64,000 bases of DNA, from NCBI GenBank assembly GCA_038882975.1, contig JAVZNE010000002.1:96001-160000 (forward strand), read 5' to 3'. Within the stretch, counting starts at the first letter, position 1, and each line of letters begins with the position of its first letter. Position numbers and translations under genes: made by a program. Below are positions 57,589 to 64,000 of the stretch, piece by piece. The notes beneath the pieces are model-generated. The model had not been told where the DNA came from, did not search any database, and saw only the letters and a list, made by a program, of their open reading frames with translations. Origin of the DNA: Candidatus Bathyarchaeia archaeon (lineage in GTDB: Archaea; Thermoproteota; Bathyarchaeia; Bathyarchaeales; Bathycorpusculaceae).

Positions 57589-58113
57589 TTGGAGACTTTT
57601 ACTGTAAAGTTAAAGGATGGAAGAACTGTTCAAATTAAAATGTTTCAACCACAAGACAAGGACAAACTTATCGAAATGTATGAATCTCTTTCCAGAGACG
57701 CTGTACGCTGGGGCATGCCCCCTTACACAAGGGAAAGATTAGAAGAAGGCTGGTTTAGAAACCTCCAAAACATAACGGCAATAGTAGCTTTTTACGGGGA
57801 TAAAATTGTTGGGCATGCCCAAATTTTTAAATTCCCTCACCCAAGACGAAAGGGAACAGCGGACCTTCTCACGTATATTCACCAGGACTTTCAAGGTGTA
57901 GGTTTAGGCACTCTGATGCTCGACAAATTAATAGAACTTGCAAAGAAAGAAGGACTGCATAGGATAGGCTTGTATGTGGTGGCAGATAATAAGCCTGCTA
58001 TCCGTCTATACCAGAAAATGGGCTTTAAAGTAGAAGGAGTTATGAAAGACGCTTATTTCGGCGAGGATGGGAAATACCACGACATGCTTGTTATGGGTTT
58101 GCTGCTTGAGTAA
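57589..58113 (+). CDS. GNAT acetyltransferase
   Basis: HQDFQGVGLG, DNKPAIRLYQKMGF. Confidence 0.88.
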   Translation: METFTVKLKDGRTVQIKMFQPQDKDKLIEMYESLSRDAVRWGMPPYTRERLEEGWFRNLQNITAIVAFYGDKIVGHAQIFKFPHPRRKGTADLLTYIHQDFQGVGLGTLMLDKLIELAKKEGLHRIGLYVVADNKPAIRLYQKMGFKVEGVMKDAYFGEDGKYHDMLVMGLLLE

Positions 58114-58121
58114 GGGGCAAG

Positions 58122-58322
58122 TTATCTCCACCATTCCCAGTCAAGCTTTTTGAAGCCTATGTATAGGATTAGGAGGATGACGCCCCAGCTTAGGGCTATT
58201 GCCGCAGCCTCTAGGATTATGTTTCCGCTTAGGTAGGTGTAGCTTGCCCAAGCGCTCAATCCACATAAGCCAACAAGAATTAGGATGAACATGGCACACT
58301 GTATTGCCCGTTCCGCAGTCAT
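58122..58322 (-). CDS. Small two-TM membrane protein
   Basis: 66 aa, two hydrophobic helices, GGTGA SD upstream. Confidence 0.6.
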   Translation of the reverse strand: MTAERAIQCAMFILILVGLCGLSAWASYTYLSGNIILEAAAIALSWGVILLILYIGFKKLDWEWWR

Positions 58323-58413
58323 ATAAGAGTCACCAGCAAACCTAAGGTTTTAGCTGGTTTTTGTTTTAAGGTTTTTCATTAAGCTTATTTGGCAGTTTTG
58401 TCCCATTAACTTT

Positions 58414-58478
58414 TGAAGCCGATGATGCGAGAAGAGCCGTCTGAATTATGACGACGTCTGAGGAGAGCTGAGGCTTCA
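58414..58478 (+). ncRNA. Box C/D methylation guide sRNA
   Basis: Terminal stem TGAAGCC/GGCTTCA; box C ATGATGC (58422-28), D' CTGA (58441-44), C' ATGACGA (58448-54), D CTGA (58468-71); 12-13-nt guides. Confidence 0.85.
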
Positions 58479-58925
58479 TTCTATTGGAATTTCATACTCA
58501 CGCTTTCTTGGCAAACGAATTTCCAGTATGCCTCTCTTGAAGCGGATTTCCATTCGGTCCATGTAAACTGGCACTGGAATTCGCGTTTGACAGTGGAATC
58601 TTTGGAATTCGCCCTTATGGTGGGTTATGCCGAAGTCGTCAAAACTTATTTTGCGTCTCATTTTCGCCGAAATTTCAATGGTGTCTTTGCCTATGGGTTT
58701 AACCTCTATTGTGTTTTGCTCAGCGTAGGGAAGGTCAACGGTTACTATGACTTCGTCAGCTGTCACCATAATGTCTCGTAATGGTTCCATGGTGCATGTC
58801 CTACAGTTCCAGCTGGGCCTCTCCATTATGATTTCTCGGACTCTTTCAGCCCAAGCTTCAAGGTTTTCAAAATACTCGTCTATTATGTCGAAGATTGAGC
58901 GTCTTCTTCGACTGTAGTCCGACAT
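58476..58925 (-). CDS. Small heat-shock protein (Hsp20/alpha-crystallin)
   Basis: VTVDLP...FKRGILEIRLP alpha-crystallin signature and C-terminal IPI motif. Confidence 0.85.
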   Translation of the reverse strand: MSDYSRRRRSIFDIIDEYFENLEAWAERVREIIMERPSWNCRTCTMEPLRDIMVTADEVIVTVDLPYAEQNTIEVKPIGKDTIEISAKMRRKISFDDFGITHHKGEFQRFHCQTRIPVPVYMDRMEIRFKRGILEIRLPRKREYEIPIE

Positions 58926-58939
58926 CTTTCATCAGCCTC

Positions 58940-59686
58940 CTATGAAATGTATAATGGTATGTCGTATTCCTGTGTCTTCCGCATTTTCGCCAGTTCCTGC
59001 TGTGTTCTCTTCATCATGTCTCTTGCCTTTAGGCGTATTTCCTCACCTTTTTCCAAAAGCTTTGAAACATCCACCTTGACTCCCGTTAGATTCGCCAACT
59101 GTTCTAATGCTTTGGCTGCGGCTTCTGGGTCTGGGTAGTTGAAAAAGCACTGTGCCAAGAGCGTTAGGGCTGGTACTCCAAGTGTGGCGCAATATTGGAG
59201 CATAACTGCTTGGGGACCAACCATGTAGCCTTCCCTCAAAATCTCCAATCCCTTATCTTGAACCTCTTTCAGCATTTCAGGGCTTGAGGCCGCCGCAAAG
59301 ACCTTTAATTCGTCAAGGTCTTGCCTATCCTGAACTGGTATGCCGCTCAGTGAAATCATCATTTTAGCCCCCTTGGTTTTTCCCCAGTCGATTAGTGCAT
59401 GCATTATTGGGTAAATTAGGTCTTCCCTTAGGGCTGTTTCTGAAACAGCCAAGAGGATTTGGTGGTTTCCAAAAATCCTTATGGGCGAGTGGGGTAGTCC
59501 CTCGTGTAGGACTATTACTGGGGGTAGAAGCCTCGAATCCATGTAGGCAACCTCCTCTAAATTTAGCTCCGAAATTAAGTGGGAAGCCGCTATAACGCCG
59601 ACAAGTCCAACATCTGGGAAGCCGAAAATCATAACAGCCCCTTTTGGGATCTCCTTCCTCTCAATAATTTTGATTTCTTCACTCAA
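58940..59686 (-). CDS. Proteasome assembly chaperone (PAC2) family protein
   Basis: GFPDVGLVGVIA, PIRIF, YPDPEAAA. Confidence 0.88.
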   Translation of the reverse strand: MSEEIKIIERKEIPKGAVMIFGFPDVGLVGVIAASHLISELNLEEVAYMDSRLLPPVIVLHEGLPHSPIRIFGNHQILLAVSETALREDLIYPIMHALIDWGKTKGAKMMISLSGIPVQDRQDLDELKVFAAASSPEMLKEVQDKGLEILREGYMVGPQAVMLQYCATLGVPALTLLAQCFFNYPDPEAAAKALEQLANLTGVKVDVSKLLEKGEEIRLKARDMMKRTQQELAKMRKTQEYDIPLYIS

Positions 59687-59766
59687 AACCTAACCCTCTT
59701 GAAGTGTTTTGTTAGGCAAGCTGTAAAAACCTTGCGGATAAAGTTCCCGAAGGCTTTAGTGAATTA

Positions 59767-61872
59767 TTAATTATTAAATTGCTCTATTCTCTCGAGGATT
59801 TTTTCTATATGTAAATGAGCCTTCATCTCGTTTTGCCACTCTACCGGAAGCTTACGTTTGAATCTTCCAGCTGCACGCCTATCCATAAGGATTATTATGC
59901 CCCTATCTTCTGGGCTGCGGAGGAGTCTGCCAGCGGACTGGGCTAGCGCGTTTAAACATGGCATGTTGTTGGCATATTCTATAGCTTTGGCTCCAAACTT
60001 TTCTTTAAAATACTTGTATAGGGCTGCTTGTAGCTCCGTCTTCTTTGGAAATGGCAGCCCAACAATGACGACAGCGGAAAGTAGGCTTTTTCCCTCCATT
60101 GTCATGTCAACGCCTTCGCTTATTTTGCCTCTTGCCACGCCGAAAACAACGCAGCTTCCATTTTCTTGTAAAAACTTTAGAACGTCTAGAATTTTTGTTC
60201 TCTTCTCTTCTATCAGCAGTGGCTGTTCCAGCTTAATTATTTGGGCTATTTCCCGCATAACCTCGTATGATGGAAAGTATACGGCGACTCTTCCACAAAC
60301 CTTTTGTATTATTTGGCTGAGGTGGGCTGCTATACGCTTCCATTGTATTTCGTTGCGTTTTTCAAACTTTGTTGTAACCGCCTCATCCACGAGTAGAAGT
60401 CTATTCTCTGATGGGAAGGGGTTTGGAAGATCTAGACTTTGACAGCGACTTCTGTCGAGCCCCAAAACATCAATGTAGTAATCCATGTTCCATAAAGTGC
60501 CTGACATGAGTATGGTGGAGCGGAGTTCATTGATTATGCCAGCCGCTAATGAGGGGTCGAGGCATCTGATTCCAAGCCTAACACGTTTTTTCTGTTCTCT
60601 GTCCGCTTCGACCTTAACATATCGCACATGGCTTGAACCAGTCAAACTCATCCAATTGGAGAGAAACTCCACACAACGTGAAAGATATGATACTGGGCTT
60701 TTTCCCATCTCGCTTCTTTTGACGCGGATTTGTTCGCCTTTATCAGCCAGTTCTTGCAGTATCTCGCCCAGTTTTTCATGGTTGACTTTGAGTTTCTCGG
60801 CTAATGCTCTGGTTAGCTCTTCTTCACCAATTATGTGTTCGACATCCAATCCATAGTTTCTATAAACCTTTTTCCCAAAATTCACCATGACTGTGTATAA
60901 GGCTTCCAAAAAGCCCAAATCGTCAATGTCGAAGTTTTTTACCTCTTTGTAAGCTCTTCTAACAGATCTTGATGAAAGCTCTTCTGAAGATATGCCGCTT
61001 GCGTAGTATGGTAGGCTATGCGCCTCATCGAAGACGCAGTTAATGGCTTTTGTGCGTATTCCAGCCTTTCCTAAAATTGAGCCGCGTATGGCGTCCACCA
61101 AGATGTAGTTGTAATTGCCTATGACAATGTCGGCGTAACGCGTCAGAATCTTTGTAACTTCGTAGGGGCATAAACCAGCGTCATGGCATATTTCATAGGT
61201 CTCTTCTGGAAGGAGGGGTCCAATCTTCTTTATCTTGCCCACCAGATTGTAGGCTTGCCAGCTTGGCTTCCAACCATCATATGTTCTTTCATAATATTCG
61301 CATGTTTTGCCGAACAAGCCTTCCTTCAATCCCTTGCAATAGTAGAGGAAGTCTCTGTAGGCTATGTCCTTAAGCTTGGGGTCTTCGAAGGTGTGGGGGC
61401 ACATTTCCTTCTTGCTTTTGAAAATTGATGCAGCAAAGCTTACGCCACAATGATCTTTTATGTTTTTCAGCTCTCTTGAGTAGATTTCAAGCTGATTTTT
61501 CGTTCTAGTTAGGGCTATAAGCCTTCTAATGGATGGATTTTGTTCTTTAGCCACGAAAAAAGCTGTTAAAACAGAGATGGATTTTCCAGTGCCACAGGGA
61601 GAGCAGAGCAAACCGATTTTTCCGTCTTTAATCACTTGGTAGGCAAATTTTATGGCTTTAATCTGGAATGGGCGAAAACTCTGATACGGGAAGAACTCCT
61701 TAACCAAATCCTCAAAGCCTTCTTCACCCTTAGCAGCTTCCTTTTCCACTGCGGCTTGGTGCGCAGTTGTCCTTGTCAAAAAAGTTCCACAGCTTCCACA
61801 GAAATGGCTCCTCAAATATTCCTCAGCGGTGTAGGTTTTCCCACATCGGCGGCAAATGTAAACCGTTTCCAT
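59767..61872 (-). CDS. XPD/Rad3-like Fe-S DNA helicase with N-terminal Zn ribbon
   Basis: ATG 61872; CRRC/CGSC; Walker A SPCGTGKS; Fe-S Cys (CP..C..C..CPY); DEAH; SGTL; FPSY; QSAGRLLR. Confidence 0.9.
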   Translation of the reverse strand: METVYICRRCGKTYTAEEYLRSHFCGSCGTFLTRTTAHQAAVEKEAAKGEEGFEDLVKEFFPYQSFRPFQIKAIKFAYQVIKDGKIGLLCSPCGTGKSISVLTAFFVAKEQNPSIRRLIALTRTKNQLEIYSRELKNIKDHCGVSFAASIFKSKKEMCPHTFEDPKLKDIAYRDFLYYCKGLKEGLFGKTCEYYERTYDGWKPSWQAYNLVGKIKKIGPLLPEETYEICHDAGLCPYEVTKILTRYADIVIGNYNYILVDAIRGSILGKAGIRTKAINCVFDEAHSLPYYASGISSEELSSRSVRRAYKEVKNFDIDDLGFLEALYTVMVNFGKKVYRNYGLDVEHIIGEEELTRALAEKLKVNHEKLGEILQELADKGEQIRVKRSEMGKSPVSYLSRCVEFLSNWMSLTGSSHVRYVKVEADREQKKRVRLGIRCLDPSLAAGIINELRSTILMSGTLWNMDYYIDVLGLDRSRCQSLDLPNPFPSENRLLLVDEAVTTKFEKRNEIQWKRIAAHLSQIIQKVCGRVAVYFPSYEVMREIAQIIKLEQPLLIEEKRTKILDVLKFLQENGSCVVFGVARGKISEGVDMTMEGKSLLSAVVIVGLPFPKKTELQAALYKYFKEKFGAKAIEYANNMPCLNALAQSAGRLLRSPEDRGIIILMDRRAAGRFKRKLPVEWQNEMKAHLHIEKILERIEQFNN

Positions 61873-62001
61873 CTTTGAGGCTTCACTAATTCCACTAATG
61901 CCTTTCGCGGTAAAAGAAGTTTGCCCAGCGAGGCGAGACGCGGCGGAGATGTTAGGTTTAAGTTCTGCATGAAGCAATACTTTGATTGAGGCGTATAGGC
62001 G

Positions 62002-62667
62002 ATGGCGAACGAGTTTAAGCCAACAGTTTTCGCCGACGTCCGCGAAAGCATGGACGTGAAAGACCATTTGAAGGAGCTTGGCTGCGATGTTGTGGAGAAG
62101 GCTTTGGCTCCAGCGGACTATGTGGTGGCTGAAGACTACGCCGTTGAAAGGAAAGAGCTCCATGATTTTTTCCGCTCGGTCTTTGACGGTAGGCTTTTCG
62201 AGCAGGCTGAAAGGCTTGCAAAAACCTATGAAAACGCCTGCCTCATTGTTGAGGGAGACTTTGTCAACGCTGTAAAGTATGTTCGCACTCCGCAAGCTTT
62301 CTGGGGAGCACTGTCTAAGGTTATGGCTGACCATGGCATATCGGTGGTGTTTACTCCAAATGAGGCGCACACTGCTATGTTCCTATGCGCTCTAGCCAAA
62401 AAACTGCAAGAAGAGGAAAGACGGAAGATAGCAGTTAAGCACAAGCCTAAAACCTACACGTTGAGGCAGAGGCAACTCCTTGCAGTGCAAAGTCTGCCAA
62501 AGATAGGTCCGGAACGGGCAGAAGAACTTTTAAGACGTTTTGGAAGTGTGCGCCGCGTTTTCCAAGCCTCAAAAAGGGAACTGCTATCCGTTAAGGGTTT
62601 AGGCGAGAAGACTGTTCAAGCCATAATAGAGGTTTTAGACACAAAATATCCAGGCTTAGAACAGTAA
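62002..62667 (+). CDS. xpf: Short XPF/ERCC4 nuclease with (HhH)2 domain
   Basis: ADVRE, ADY, VERK...DGRLFEQ, LIVEG, LPKIGP and VKGLG HhH motifs. Confidence 0.92.
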   Translation: MANEFKPTVFADVRESMDVKDHLKELGCDVVEKALAPADYVVAEDYAVERKELHDFFRSVFDGRLFEQAERLAKTYENACLIVEGDFVNAVKYVRTPQAFWGALSKVMADHGISVVFTPNEAHTAMFLCALAKKLQEEERRKIAVKHKPKTYTLRQRQLLAVQSLPKIGPERAEELLRRFGSVRRVFQASKRELLSVKGLGEKTVQAIIEVLDTKYPGLEQ

Positions 62668-62759
62668 TTTCGCACTTCCGCCGTATTTTCTCTCTAGGAT
62701 TGGAACTGATTTCTTAAATGTATTTAAGTGTGTAAGCGGTCTTAAATCTGGAGAATGTC

Positions 62760-64000
62760 ATGGCTTTAGAAAGGCTTGGCGCTTCGCTTCACGAGGCTTT
62801 AAGGAAGCTTTTTAGAGCCGTCGTCGTCGACGAAGCCGCTGTTAAAGAGCTTGTGAGGGACGTGCAGCGGGCACTGCTGCAGGCGGACGTGAACGTTCAG
62901 CTAGTCTTGGATATTTCTAAGCGCATAGAGGAGAGAGCCCTCAAAGAGAAGGTTCCACCCGGAATTTCACGCCGCGAGCACGTAATTAAAGTTGTTTATG
63001 AAGAGTTAACACGCTTTCTAGGAGAAAAGCCTGTTCCGTTGAAGGTTGAGCCTGGCAAAAGGAAGGTTTTGATGCTTGTTGGCATTCAAGGTTCTGGAAA
63101 AACCACTGCTGCAGCCAAGCTTGCAAGATACTTTCAGAAGAGAGGTTTAAAACCAGCCTTAATATGTGCCGACACCTACCGCCCGGGCGCCTTTGACCAG
63201 CTTCAGCAACTTGCCAACAGAATAAATGTGCCAATTTACGGCGATCCAAAATCTAAGGACCCTGTTAAAATAGCGCTTGAGGGGTTGAAGCAGTTTAGTG
63301 ACAAGGACATAGTTATAGTTGACACGGCTGGACGCCACAAGGAGGAACGTGAGCTTATTAAAGAGATGAAAATGCTTGAGGAGAAAATTAAGCCGGACGA
63401 GGTTATGCTTGTCATTGACGGAACTATTGGTCAGCAAGCCCTTGTGCAAGCAAAAGCCTTCAACGAGGCAACATCCATAGGCTCCATACTTGTGACAAAA
63501 CTTGACGGTTCAGCTAGGGGTGGGGGCGCCTTGTCCGCTGTTGTGGCCACCGGCGCGCCGATAAAGTTCATAAGTACCGGCGAAAAGGTTGAGGACATTG
63601 AGCCTTTTGTTCCATCCCGATTTGTGGGTAGACTCCTAGGCATGGGTGACTTGGAAACCCTCATCGAAAAGGTTCGTGAAGCCGAAATCAAGGTTCCGGA
63701 GAAGAAGGCCAAGGCAATTTTAAGCGGCAAATTCACTTTGACGGACATGTATGAACAGTTTGAAGCCATGAAAGGCATGGGGCCCTTCCGTAAACTCTTG
63801 AAGATGCTTCCAGGCATGTCCTACGATGTGCCAGAAGAAATGCTTGACATGGCTGAGGACAAACTGGAAAAGTGGCGTGTCATAATCCAGTCAATGACTC
63901 CGGCGGAGCGGGAAAACCCCAAAATCTTTAACGCTTCGAGGATTAGACGTGTGGCGCGGGGCTCCGGAACAAGCGAGAAGGATGTGAAGGAACTTTTGAA
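62760..64000 (+). CDS. srp54: Signal recognition particle GTPase SRP54, truncated by window end
   Basis: Absent from ORF track. ATG 62760 MALERLGASLHEALRK; ALLQADVNV, GIQGSGKTT, DTAGRH, TKLDGSARGGGA, SMTPAERENP. Confidence 0.96.
   Translation, partial: MALERLGASLHEALRKLFRAVVVDEAAVKELVRDVQRALLQADVNVQLVLDISKRIEERALKEKVPPGISRREHVIKVVYEELTRFLGEKPVPLKVEPGKRKVLMLVGIQGSGKTTAAAKLARYFQKRGLKPALICADTYRPGAFDQLQQLANRINVPIYGDPKSKDPVKIALEGLKQFSDKDIVIVDTAGRHKEERELIKEMKMLEEKIKPDEVMLVIDGTIGQQALVQAKAFNEATSIGSILVTKLDGSARGGGALSAVVATGAPIKFISTGEKVEDIEPFVPSRFVGRLLGMGDLETLIEKVREAEIKVPEKKAKAILSGKFTLTDMYEQFEAMKGMGPFRKLLKMLPGMSYDVPEEMLDMAEDKLEKWRVIIQSMTPAERENPKIFNASRIRRVARGSGTSEKDVKELL

Noticed and set aside
61873-62370. 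N-terminal 165-aa extension of the helicase ORF
   Set aside because: It is antisense to xpf; ATG 61872 gives a coherent protein. The 5' extensions at 9309, 11592, 34480 and 47715 were rejected on similar grounds.
4048-63817. Numerous short antisense or alternate-frame ORFs nested within identified genes
   Set aside because: They are Ser/Phe-rich shadows of well-supported genes with no recognisable motifs.

Overview
This is a gene-dense archaeal core-genome segment, most consistent with a thermophilic TACK archaeon, probably Bathyarchaeia. That assignment is inferred from gene content: PolD DP1/DP2, Elf1, Alba, short XPF, a dtdA-secE-spt5-rpl11-rpl1-rpl10-rpl12 block without ftsZ, and a branched-polyamine synthase. 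The window holds translation, replication, ether-lipid, NAD and 2-oxoacid:ferredoxin oxidoreductase genes, an intron-containing tRNA-Ser(CGA) and a box C/D guide sRNA. Three genes missing from the ORF track were read manually: bpsA, secG/Sec61beta and srp54. The centrepiece is a probable replication origin (three ORB boxes plus a T-rich unwinding element) beside cdc6. It is followed directly by three uncharacterised HTH/winged-helix genes, one of them a membrane-anchored coiled-coil wHTH. The locus also carries a second family of TGTGA/TCACA repeats that ORBs do not explain, including a perfect 17-bp inverted repeat. This is the best candidate for an undescribed origin-tethering, segregation or initiation-control system. 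No CRISPR array, transposase or integrase was seen. All product calls come from motif recognition by eye, with no database searches.
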